A DNA stretch of 64,000 bases from Octopus sinensis (lineage: Eukaryota). The stretch's first letter is position 1. Every line of letters begins with the position of its first letter. Below are positions 1 to 10,738 of this stretch, in pieces. The translations under genes and the position numbers were made by a program. The stretch is taken from positions 7,378,001 through 7,442,000 of the forward strand of contig NC_043018.1 in the NCBI RefSeq assembly GCF_006345805.1, read 5' to 3'. The notes under the pieces were generated by a model. That model did no database searches and had not been told where the DNA came from. It was given only the letters and a program-made list of their open reading frames with translations.

Positions 1-185
1 ATATTTTTGATTTCTTAGAGAATTTGAAGCAACACTTGAATGATTCACTGAAGGAGAAAAACCTATCTTAATCTCCAAGATTAAAAAACAAATCTCATTA
101 GAACTTGATAAAAATACAACTCATAAATTTCAGCTTGCGGTTTGGAAGCAATTAACTACAATTAGACCGTAGAATGAAGATTCTT

Positions 186-578
186 TTATTCTTTTATTCG
201 TTTCAGTCATGCTGGAGCACCGCCTTTAGTTGAACAAATCGACCCCAGGACTTATTCTTTCTAAGCCTGCTACTTATTCTATCGGTCTCTTTTTGCCGAA
301 CTGCTAAGTTACGGGGGCGTGAACACACCAGCATCGGTTGTCAAAATGATGGGGGAACAAACACAGACATACACAAATATACACACACACACACACATAT
401 ATATATACATATATCCGGCGGGCTTCTTTCAGTTTCCGTCTACCAAATCCACTCACAAGGCTTTGATCGGCCCGAGGCTATAGTAGAAGACACTTGCCCA
501 AGGTGCCACGCAGTGGGACTGAATCCGGAACCATGTGGTTCGTAAGCAAGCTACTTATCACACAGCCACTCCTGCGCC
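186..578 (-). mobile_element. SINE family A (tRNA-like head, CORE-like segment, internal microsatellite, conserved 3' half), full copy
   Basis: Minus strand starts GGCGCAGGAGTGGCTGTGTG, has a B-box-like segment (GGATTCAGTCCC; GGTTCAGTCCC in other copies) and CCTTGGGCAAGTGTCTT, then (TA/CA)n and the 3' half ending GGCGGTGCTCCAGCATG. About 15 copies in the window. Confidence 0.9.
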
Positions 579-624
579 TATGAATATTTAAAATAAATAT
601 TTTAAATAACAACAGCAACAACTC

Positions 625-1493
625 CTATATAGAAGGCCGAACAGTTTGCTGTGAAGGATAACTGGTACTCCGCCGGTTGCGACGACGACGAGGAATCCAG
701 TTGATCCTATCAACGGAACAGGCTGCTCGTGGAATTAGTGTGAAAGTGGCTGAGCATTCCACAGAAACGTGTACCCTTAACGTACCCTTAACGTAGTTCT
801 CAGGGAGATTCAGCGTGACATAGAATGTGAGAAGGCTGGCTCTTTGAATGGTAGGTATAACTCATAAAGGTCGGCGAGCTGGCAGAAACGTTAGCACGCC
901 GGGCGAAATGCGTAGCCGTATTTCGTCTGTCGTTACGTTCTGAGTTCAAATTCCGCCGATGTCGACTTTGCCTTTCATCCTTTCGGAGTCGATAAATTAA
1001 GTACCTATTTCTTTATTGCCTACAAGGGGCTAAACACAGAGGGGACAAACAAGGACAGATATAGGTATTAAGTCGATTACATCGACCCCAGTGCGTAACT
1101 GGTACTTAATTTATCGATCTCGAAAGGATGAAAGGCAAAGTCGACCTCGGCGGAATTTGAACTCAGAACGTAACGGCAGACGAAATACCGCTAAGCATTT
1201 CGTCCGGCGTGCTAACGTTTCTGCCAGCTCGCCGCCTTATTATAAATTAAGTACCAGTTACGCACTGGGGTCGATGTAATCGACTTAATACCTATGTCTG
1301 TCCCTGTTTGTCCCCTCTATCTTTAGCCCCTTGTGGGTAATAAAGAAATATGTATAACTCATTTTTGCCAGCCGAGCAGAGTGGGGCAACGTGAAGCAAA
1401 GTGTTTTGCTCAAGGACATAACACATCGCCGGGAATTGAACTCACGAGCTTACGAACGTAATCTGAATGTTCGAACCACTAAGCCATGTACCT
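625..1493 (-). mobile_element. tRNA/CORE-type SINE family C interrupted by nested family-B SINEs
   Basis: Head near 1440-1493 (GGCTTAGTGGTTCG...GAGTTCAATTCCCGG, CCTTGAGCAAAACACTT on minus). The body resumes across an 11-bp duplication GTATAACTCAT at 855-865 and 1352-1362. Confidence 0.8.
866..1351 (+). mobile_element. SINE family B (+) containing a second full family-B copy in opposite orientation (1006-1241)
   Basis: B consensus GGCGGCGAGCTGGCAGAAACGTTAGC...GAGTTCAAATTCCGCCGAGGTCGACTTTGCCTTTCATCC...AAAGAAATA. Inner copy is flanked by the 14-bp TSD ATAAATTAAGTACC (992-1005, 1242-1255). Confidence 0.92.
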
Positions 1494-1615
1494 TCAATAT
1501 TCTGAAGGATTATATTGTTGGAACGAACAATTAATAACAACAAAAAGAAAAGCATGACAGAGAACCGCAGAAGAAAGGTGGATTTCTTCACGGCATGGAT
1601 TGCGTACGAAGAAGC

Positions 1616-2023
1616 TCTCTTTACTCTCTTTTACTTGTTTCAGTCATTTGACTGTGGCCATGCTGGAGCACCACCTTTTTAGTCGAGCAAATCGACCCCA
1701 GGACTTATTCTTTGTAAGCCTAGTACTTATTCTATCGGTCTCTTTTGTCGAACCGCTAAGTTACGGCGACGTAAACACACCAGCATCGGTTGTCAAGCGA
1801 TGTTGGGGGGACAAACACAGACAGACACGCACACACATATACATATATACATATATATACGATGGGCTTCTTTCAGTTTCCGTCTACCAAATCCACTGAT
1901 AAGGCTTTAGTCGGCTCGAGGCTATAGTAGAAGACACTTGTCCCAAGGTGCCACGCAGTGGGACTGAACCCGGAACCATGTGGTTGGTAAGCAAACTACT
2001 TACCACACAGCCACTCCTACGCC
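1616..2023 (-). mobile_element. SINE family A, full copy
   Basis: Colinear with the copy at 186-578, including head, microsatellite and (AAAAGAGT)-type tail. Confidence 0.9.
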
Positions 2024-2931
2024 TAAGCTTTCGACAATATTTCCTACTTCTGGATACTGAAAGCATTAACCGCAAGGAAGGACCGATTATGAGAAGGTAC
2101 ATCAAACACGTGAAGAAAAAAATGGGAAACCATTCGGCAGATCTAAATGACAACAAGGTAATATAAAACCGAATCCTACCACAATTAGGAAAGCAATATC
2201 TTCCGGTGGTGGGGGACTTCGTTGCTGCTCTTCTTTTCTTCCCGTTATTAACACCTTTACTCAGTCTGTTAAACAATATGGAACTCGGATAACAACGCTA
2301 ATGGGAAGACAATCATTCATATCTTTTTTCTTTTTTTCTATCTGGATATTTTTCTACCTGGATATCGTTAAGTTGGAAGAGAGATGCCAATCAACTACAA
2401 ATACTGCTGTAGAAAATACATGGTTTCACAGAGCAAATGATATGAGATTCAGTTAAAGAAACTACGCCAAGGTAAGTTGTAAGATAGGAAAATTAATAAA
2501 CACCATTAATATCATTTTATATACAAAAAAAAAAAAAGCAGAGATAAGAGCATTAAACGAAACAGACATACAAATACTTAGGAATTAATGAACTTGTGTA
2601 CAGCACATAGAAAAAGATTAGGAACGAATATTATAGACGTTAGATTAATACGTAAAATAAAGATAAAGCGTAAAAAGAAAAAAAAAGAACGATATTCTAG
2701 TTATTCCGTTAATATGGCACAGGCGTGGCTGTATGATAAGAAGTTGGCTTTCGAACTACATGGTTCTGTGTTCAGTCCCACTGCGTGGCACTTTGGGCAA
2801 CTGTCTTTTACTCTAGGTTCGGGCCGACCAAAGGACCAAAGCGTTGTGACTATATTTGGTAAACGGAATTTGAAAGAAACACGTAGTCTGTGTGTATATG
2901 TGTATGTATGTATATGTGTGTGTGTGTGCAC

Positions 2932-2961
<30 letters not shown>

Positions 2962-2962
<1 letters not shown>

Positions 2963-3271
2963 AAGACCACCCCCTTCGGTCACGAACGGTCATGGGATTG
3001 CACCTAGACAGTTGCCCTCAGAGGCACAAGTCCGGGCAAGGAAGGCCAGCAGTCGCCCATGCTTACTCCCCCACTCCATGCCAATAATGTCATCCGAGAA
3101 AAAGGCAAATGGGGCCGGTACGGCTTGGCACCAGTGGCGTCGCAATTCATGGCTACAGCTGAGTGAACTGGAGCAACGTGAAATAAAGTGTCAACATACA
3201 GCCCGGTCCGAGAATTGAACTCACTACCCCATAATTGTGAGCCCGACACTCTAACCACTGAGACCATGCGC
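2962..3271 (-). mobile_element. tRNA/CORE-type SINE family G
   Basis: Minus head CATGGTCTCAGTGGTTAGAGTGTCGG...GAGTTCAATTCTCGG. Shares CACGTTGCTCCAGTTCACTCAGCTG with family C but has a different 3' body. Confidence 0.7.
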
Positions 3272-3421
3272 TTTATACATACACACACATATATATATAT
3301 ATATATATAATATATATATATATATAAATAGTTAATCCAAACATGAAAACACAAAGAGAAAACAACAAAGCGAGGACGTGGAACAAGTATAGTGCTATTG
3401 GACGCTCAGGAAAGAAGGAGG

Positions 3422-3455
3422 GTTAACATTTCGAGCGGAGCTCTTCGTCAGAAAC
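3422..3455 (-). ncRNA. degenerate minimal type I hammerhead motif (family F)
   Basis: Minus GTTT CTGACGA A GAGC TCC GCTC GAAAT GTT AAC; C15.2 changed to T and stem I shortened. Downstream CCTGAGCGTC is shared with the other family-F copies. Confidence 0.55.
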
Positions 3456-3547
3456 ATAGGTAAAGGAAAGATCCAAAGAAGGGAAGATGGAGAAAAAAAA
3501 ATCGCCAACGGTATACACGCGGTGTGTGTGTGTGTGTGTGTGTGTGT

Positions 3548-3579
<32 letters not shown>

Positions 3580-3863
3580 CGTCCACCATCGCTTGACAAC
3601 CGATGTGGGTGTATTTACGTCTTCGTAACTTAGCGGCTCAGCAAAAGAGACCGATAGAATAAGTACTAGGCTTACAAAGAATAATTTCTTGGGTCGATTT
3701 CTTCGACTAAATGCGGTGCTCCAGCATGGCTGAACTCAAATGTCTGGAACAAATAAAAGGATAAAATAATAGTCAACAAATACGAAGCAGATTTGAGGCT
3801 TTGGATAGAACGGACAAACACGCAGCTGAAAAACAGAACCACAGAATGCAATGTTCTCAGATT

Positions 3864-4545
3864 ATGTTCTCAGATCAAACTTAGCACAATCTTTTGTGGA
3901 GAATGGCGATTTGACGTCTATATCTAGCATGTTGACTGTCCACTTTTCGTGTTCAGTCCTTAATTGGTATATATAAATATTTTAATCTTCGGATTCTTTT
4001 TTAATATGCTAGACCACTGGTCTTAATTGATAAATATCAATTTCTACCCTTATTTAATTTTATATATATAAATATGTTCTCTAACCGATAAATTGACTGC
4101 TGCTAATTATTAGCTGCAGGCTGGTTTTCTCGGGTCTCAACGCGCCAAAGTAAAGGCATTTGAAAGATATATTCGAATGTAATAGGCTGAACTCCATGCA
4201 CGCGATACTTTGGTATCGTTTTTGCATCTAGTCCAGCAAATTGCATTTATAACGGACCATGCTGATGAAGGCTGCAGTTATCCTTGCGGATAATAATAGC
4301 CGAAACATGGGTAATTATTTTATTTCGTATATTTTCACTTGTTTATTGCTTTGTTTTGTGCTGAGTTTGATCTGAGAACATAATCTTTTGTGGAGAATGG
4401 CGATTTGACGTCTATATCTAGCATGTTGACTGTCCACTTTTCGTGTTTAGTCCTTAATTGGTATATATAATATTTTAATCTTCGGATTCTTTTTTAATAT
4501 ACTAGACCACTGGTCTTAATTGATAAATATCAATTTCTACCCTTA

Positions 4546-4560
<15 letters not shown>
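3864..4560 (+). mobile_element. non-coding Penelope-type element: 494-bp unit plus partial tandem copy, with a 5' inverted segment and a hammerhead-like core
   Basis: Direct repeat starting AATCTTTTGTGGAG at 3888 and 4382. 26-bp inverted repeat 3864-3889 vs 4356-4381 (1 mismatch). CTGATGA...GAAAC core at 4262-4313. Ends in (TA)n. Confidence 0.7.
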
Positions 4561-4589
<29 letters not shown>

Positions 4590-4800
4590 AAGAGAGAGAG
4601 AGAGAGGAGAAGAGGAGTTAAAAACTTTTCCCCATGCCTGTTATACACACACACACACACATATATATATTATATATTATATATATATATAATACACATA
4701 TATATATATATATAGGTAGGTCTCGGGTTGGGTCGGGGTTAATCACAGTAAATAAGGTACTCAATACATAGCAGAGTAAATTAATTTATTTTATAGAAGG

Positions 4801-4851
4801 AGCTTCTACAGAACTAGAACTGTTTCATTCAAATGAAATCATCAGGAAGCT
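4801..4851 (-). ncRNA. type I hammerhead ribozyme candidate
   Basis: Minus AGCTTC CTGATGA TTTCATTTGAAT GAA ACAG TTCTAGTT CTGT A GAAGCT: 6-bp stem I, intact core, 4-bp stem III, GUA cleavage triplet. First pair of stem II is U-U. Confidence 0.7.
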
Positions 4852-4939
4852 AATATATATATATAGAAAGAGAGAGAGACAGAGACAGACAGACAGAGAC
4901 AGACAGACAGGGACAGACAGACAGGCAGACAGAGAAAGA

Positions 4940-5235
4940 TATCGATATCACGTGATATTACATGATCGACTAGATTATCAGATGTTGTTATACATCGCTG
5001 GTCACAGTACGCTTTGCATCGCTTTAGCCATGAAGCTATCTTGATGGTTAGGCGAACAGGCCAATATTCCCGCCGATCGGAAGAGGCTAGTCCGTCTCAG
5101 AGGTATCCATTTACAGCTGAGTGGACTAGACCAACAGATAAGGAAGTGTTTTGCTCGAGAGTACAACGCGCCGCTCTATCCTGGAATCGAACCCACGATC
5201 GCTAGATCGTGAATGCAACACCACAATCACTAGGA
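4940..5235 (-). mobile_element. diverged tRNA/CORE-type SINE (family H)
   Basis: Minus head with GTGGGTTCGATTCCAGG and a segment CTAGTCCACTCAGCTGTAAATGGATACC related to families C and G. Confidence 0.6.
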
Positions 5236-6924
5236 CAGATGTCGATAGAGATAGATACGTTTGTACAGCCTTCATATACTGTGAATTAAACCAACATTAG
5301 GAAATAGCGACACTGAACAGACGGTGTAAACATACACATAGAAAGATCTCGGCAATTGACTAAGTGTTAATATCGTGGGATTTGCCAACTCACACAGGCA
5401 AGAAGATCAATGCTATTCCACCAGATTTTTTTTGTCGTTTCCTCTTTAAAAGTATTAGTCCCCAAAGACATTTAATGCATAGCTAGATGAAATGAAAAAG
5501 CCATCTCAAATGTAAAGATCCGTAAATGGAGATAATCACAGGCGACTGAAAACAGAAGCAATCCCAATGATAATTATAGCTGGTTTAAAAATGATTAAAC
5601 TAATAGATAAAACTATTAGATTAAACTAATGATCCAAACCTCAGGTCATCCAAAATTTCGCAGCATACACAGCCGGGCATTGCACACACATATAACGTAG
5701 AACACTGACAACTCGTTTAGTTGCCTCGCGGAAGGGTCATTATGCCAATAATAAACACGCACTGGTTCTATTTCACTTCTTTAGAATGGCATAGGAGCGT
5801 AGGTGTGAGAGGCATGATCTGGTCAGTTTTAGCATAAAACAGGTATAATATTTGGTCTTGATAATGCCGGTTTAAATGCTAAAGGGTTAAGCAAAAGCTG
5901 GTCATGCATAGCAAACGTAGATCATTGGTGCCAGATATTTATGGACGAATGAAACGACTTGAACTACAAAATAACCATTAACTGTTCTGTGGAACCGAAA
6001 GTGTGCCCTAAGTTTGCTATGGGTCACACATAGGAGGGATCTTTTCTAATGGACTTTTGTGGAATGAATGGATGAATCCGAAGTCTTAATGTTCAAATTT
6101 TGTGTTAGTATACGTCTGGCTGGGAAACTGAAATCACGGGGTTTTCTGTAGCAAATGGGAACAGTGACATGGCCTAGATATGTTTCGTGAGTCACAGTTT
6201 CACCTGCGTAACATATCAAACATTCACAGGAATCTTTAGAGACTCCCTCTTCTTACCTTATTCTTAAGACGATTTGTCACCAAAGTGGTTCCTGATACAT
6301 GACAAAGACCCTTACAGCAAATTGCATAATCACTCTTACTTAATCTATCAATTCAGTTCTTCTAATAAAACGGGCCTCACCTGTTGGCCCTCGGTCAAAT
6401 TTCGTTCGAATTTCTCCGAAACGAAATCGATAAGGAAAATTTGGAATCTCAAAGCTCCGGAAAACTTAGAATCTCAACAATTAGTTCAGTGTAATCAAAG
6501 ACTCCTGCTGCTAACAATTCCTCATTTCTTGTCGCCAAGAAAATAATTGAATCCATGTCTCAAAGATATTACAAAAGCAATTGAAAGGAAATGACATTGC
6601 ACATAGCCATATCCTGTGAATATATTATGTTCAATATTTGTTAATAATTTCTTTTTTGCTTCAAGTTTCAAATTTATGACGCCTTCCATTATATTGTACA
6701 CATATTGAAAATTACTGCACATTGAATTATAAGAAATATATATCAATATAGAAATAATCGTGTTTATCTTTTGTAGAATGTTTAATGTGGAAATAAATAA
6801 TAGAGGTTTAGTTCTTCCATTCATTTCATAAACCATAAACTATACAGATTTAAAAAAAACATTATTTTTCTAAATTTTAAATTATGGCCTCCACAACTCA
6901 CAGAGCATGCTTTTCATATACAGG

Positions 6925-7140
6925 CGCAGGCAAGTCTGTGGTTACGAGGCTTGCTACAAAAGCATGTGGTCTTTGGTTCATTGTGAGTAGGTAGAACCTT
7001 AGGCCAAGAATATCTACTAAATCCCAGGTGCACCAATGTCATGTGAGTGAATTTGGTTGACGGAAACTAAGTGGAGGCCAACTGTACACACCCACACTCA
7101 CTTGCAAACGCACGCACACACACATTTAGATACATTTAGA
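6925..7140 (+). mobile_element. diverged SINE family A 5' half
   Basis: GGCGCAGGCAAGTCTGTGGTTACGAGG...GAATTTGGTTGACGGAAACT followed by (CA)n. Confidence 0.65.
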
Positions 7141-7142
7141 TA

Positions 7143-7770
7143 CGTGCCAACAAAGCACGCGGAATTCTGTTCTTGATTCGACGGTCATTCGGAATGCTTA
7201 CAGCAGCCATATTCCTACCACTCTATGTCACGCTGGTGAGACCCATATTGGAGTATGGGATTCAAGCCTCTTCTCCTTATCTCCTCAAAGACATACAGCA
7301 TCTCGAAAGAGTCCAGAAGCTGGCTACCCGCATGGTTCATGGTCTCAAAAATTTGTCCTACGAAGAAAGGCTGAGGACGCTCGACCTTTATTCTCTTGAA
7401 AAACGCCGCCGCCGTGGTGATCTCATTCTCGCCCACAACATCATAAGCGGAAAGTGTAGCCTCTCGAAAGAGCTGTTCTTCACTCCTGCTCCAGAGCGTC
7501 GGCTGCGGGGTCATTCCGAAAAGCTCTACCTGCGACGATTTCATCTCAATCGAAGGAGAGGAGCTTTCTCCGTCCGGGTTGCGGATCCGTGGAACAAGCT
7601 GCCAGACGAGATGGTGAAGATGCCGACGACCGCTTTGTTCAAAGCCTCCCTGGACCTCAAGTGGCCTGAACTCTTTACATGAACACCACCCTGTACTTAA
7701 CTCCATGTCCCCCTACATGGCCTTGCTATTTGCTTTTGAGCCAAATTAACTAACTAACTAACTAACTAAC
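7143..7770 (+). mobile_element. 5'-truncated CR1-clade LINE: uninterrupted RT C-terminal region, short 3' UTR and (CTAA)n tail
   Basis: Frame from 7143 reads RANKARGILFLIRRSF...LYVTLVRPILEY...LERVQKLATR...LSYEERLRTLDLYSLEKRRRRGDLI, a typical CR1/L2 RT C-terminus, with stop at 7682. Tail AACTAACTAAC to 7770; possible 5-bp TSD AGATA. Confidence 0.9.
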
Positions 7771-7777
7771 AGATATA

Positions 7778-8218
7778 CGAGATGGTACTCAAAAGTAACC
7801 GGAAACGTTATCTGTGGAACAAACCCGTTGTAGTTCAGTCTTCTACCGCTAGAAGCTACTTGATGCAACCCTCAGGTATCAGTCTGCCGACCGGCGTAGT
7901 CTCATGAGGTCGTACTGCTACACCTGGTGCGTCTTTGTTTTGCAGTGTTTCCCCGCCGTTCGTCGTTTTTGCAATGGCTGAAACGAAGGGACAGCGTGCT
8001 TCCGTGAAATTCTGTTTTCTGCTGGGGAAAACGGCGGCCGAAGCAGTTGTCATGATTCAAACAGCTTACAAGGACACTGCCATGGGCAAAACACAAATTT
8101 ACGAATGGTTTCCACGCTATAGGAATGGTCATTTGTCGCTTGAAGACCAACCTCGTTCAGGAAGACCGTCGACCACCCGAACATTGTTGCAAAATTCCGG
8201 TTTATTTTGGGTACCCCT

Positions 8219-8222
<4 letters not shown>
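7778..8222 (+). mobile_element. internally deleted mariner (Tc1/mariner) element retaining the N-terminal HTH of the transposase
   Basis: TIRs GGTACTCAAAAGTAACCGGAA vs reverse-complemented GGTACCCAAAATAAACCGGAA, with TA at the left end. ATG at 7974 gives MAETKGQRASVKFCFLLGKTAAEAVVMIQTAYKDTAMGKTQIYEWFPRYRNGHLSLEDQPRSGRPST. Confidence 0.9.
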
Positions 8223-8264
<42 letters not shown>

Positions 8265-8269
<5 letters not shown>

Positions 8270-8850
8270 AAATATTAGGGAATAAATCCAAACTTACAGG
8301 GAAAAATCAGATTTAGGATTGAATCCAATTTCATAGTAAAATATTATATTATATTAAATTAGAGATAAAACCACTATTAGGCAAATCAAACAATGAAAAA
8401 CTTAAGCCAATACATAAAATTAATTAATTTAAATTATTTTAAATATATAGCAAAAGTATTAAAAGATTAAAAGATAATGATTAAAACACTACGATCGTTT
8501 CATGGCCGTCCAATTCGTAATAATTCGAGTTATGGTTACAGTCAATCTTCAGGAACGGACAGAATTGTAGAAAGACCGGATCTTTTCGGTTTGAACGGCA
8601 GATTTTAACATAATTTCTAAATATTTCAATCATCTGAAGATTGACTGTAACCATAACTCGAATTATTACGAATTGGACAGCCATGAAACGATCGTAGTGT
8701 TTTAATCATTATCTTTTAATCTTTTAATACTTTTGATATATACTTAAAATAATTTAAATTAATCAATTTTATGTATTGGCTTAAGTTTTTCATTGTTTGA
8801 TTTGCCTAATAGTGGTTTTATCTCTAATTTAATATAATTATATATAAATA
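8265..8850. mobile_element. Penelope-type fold-back element (family D): 205-bp inverted arms carrying hammerhead cores
   Basis: Arms 8348-8552 and 8634-8838 are near-perfect reverse complements. Each carries CTGAAGA...GAAAC GATC GT A. The outer segment 8265-8345 recurs inverted at 19500-19580. Flanked by (TA)n. Confidence 0.75.
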
Positions 8851-9012
8851 TATATATTCACACATTCACACACACATGTATGTATGTATGTATGTATGTA
8901 TATATGTATGTATATATATATATATATATATATATGAAAGAAGTTTTGAAAATGCAATTTTAAAAGATGTTTATTCACTTGACCGGTTTCACTTTTTTAG
9001 AAAAAGATTGTC

Positions 9013-9234
9013 AAAAGCAAACTGTAAAAGCTTTGTAAAAACTTTGTTGTGTTAAGTACTGGTTATCACAAAAGTATTACAATACATATATACATTCTTT
9101 GATAATAATAAGAAAATGTGAAAATTAACATTTTCTTATTATTATCAAAGAATGTATATATGTATTGTAATACTTTTGTGATAACCAGTACTTAACACAA
9201 CAAAGTTTTTACAAAGCTTTTACAGTTTACTTTT
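9013..9234. repeat. near-perfect 107-bp-arm hairpin with an 8-nt loop
   Basis: 9013-9119 is the reverse complement of 9128-9234 with one visible mismatch; loop GAAAATTA. Confidence 0.9.
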
Positions 9235-9289
9235 TATTGAAAGGTGGGTAGCCCTTGTGTCCAATAAACGAATTTATTATTAATATTAA

Positions 9290-9345
<56 letters not shown>

Positions 9346-9800
9346 TATTATTATTGTCATTTCACTCCTCAGAGCCCTCGATTTCACTTGCTCCGGCTAA
9401 TTCTGTATGAGCGGACAGTAATCTCTTGTCAAGAGTTGCACAGTGCCTCTTTCCACAATAATTAACAACCAAGTGGCGACCTTACAAAGCCCTTGCTGTT
9501 CCCATCACAGCAGTCTTCTGAGTATGTTCTACCCTCATGTCAATCTCAATTTCTCTAACAGATTTCCCAAACCCGCTTGTTAATGCTCCCAGTGCCCTTA
9601 CAACTGCTGGACTGACAGTTTTTTTCTCTGTTGCTCACATTCGTGCAATCTCGGTTTTCCGCCGAGGGAATATTTAACGGATTTAAAATTTTGTTTTGCA
9701 AAATTGTAATTCTTTCCATTACATCCCACCGGAAAAATAATTATATTATTGGAGGCAAGTATAACTCACAATGTGTGTTTAAGAGAGTAAGAGGGAGAGA

Positions 9801-9835
<35 letters not shown>

Positions 9836-10202
9836 ATGAGAAGCATAATGAAAGACAAAGTGAAAGAGGCGGAGCATTGAATATGCCAAGCGTCTTCTCA
9901 GCAAGTAACCGTTTTGTTGTTTCTATGATAACAACAGATGACGTCAGAGAGGAGAGGAAAAATTCTCTGTCATTTGCACAGCTTGCTAAGACTGAAAGCT
10001 AAACCAACACCAACCACAAGAATTACAACAGCAACGACAGGAAGAAACTAAGAGAAGAATGGCAATAAAAGACAAAACGGGAGTTAATTGAGAAATTGAA
10101 AAAAGGAAAGAAAATGAATTTAAGGAAGATTTCGTAAGTTTTTCGCCTTCGAAGTACAATCAACAAGAACAACGACACTGATGTACAGAGGACATAAAAA
10201 GT

Positions 10203-10624
10203 GGATCTTTTCGGTTTGAACGGCAGTTTTTTAGAATAATTTCCACGTAACTAAACACTTTTAAGCTTCGTATACTGGTAGAATGTGTTTCTAAAATATC
10301 TTTTTTTCTTGGCTTTATTGAGAAAATTCTATAGTTTGTAAGATATTTTTTTTTTCTTCAATTTCTGCAATTTCAACCAATCACTGACGTCTATTTGAGA
10401 TGAAAACATTCCGTGCCGTATGAATATGTACCTCGTTTAAGAAACAAATTGGGTTTCTTTACATTTCTGAAGAAAAAAAGATACCCTCCCCCCACCCCTA
10501 ACCCTAACTAACCCTAATCCTAAAACAGACTGAAATGCAATAGATCGATACTAGGGTCATAATTATGGGTGACAATTTCATATGACACCGCTAGAAAGAA
10601 CCGCCGTTCAAACCGAAAAGATCC
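10203..10624 (+). mobile_element. MITE with TIR GGATCTTTTCGGTTTGAACGGC and internal telomere-like repeats
   Basis: Terminal inverted repeats at both ends; internal CCCTAACCCTAACTAACCCTAATCCTAA at about 10496-10523. Confidence 0.85.
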
Positions 10625-10738
10625 TAAAGATTTTGCTACGCCACCGCCGCCACCATCGCCAAGGCAACAGGGACTGGATTAGTGAATTAGCTAAGCGTCA
10701 GTTGACGCTAGCAATAATCAACAATTGGTGGTAGAACG

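Larger units (their letters stand above)
2716..3770 (+). mobile_element. SINE family A split in its internal microsatellite by nested insertions
   Basis: A head at 2716-2890 and A 3' half at about 3575-3770, separated by (TA)n, a minus-strand SINE (2962-3271) and a hammerhead-bearing fragment (3330-3510). Confidence 0.8.

Noticed and set aside
2370-2476. strong plus-strand donor CCAAG|GTAAGT
   Set aside because: All three upstream frames contain stops; at best a non-coding exon, with no further support.
7215-7706. 163-aa antisense ORF
   Set aside because: Shadow of the GC-rich CR1 RT frame on the opposite strand.
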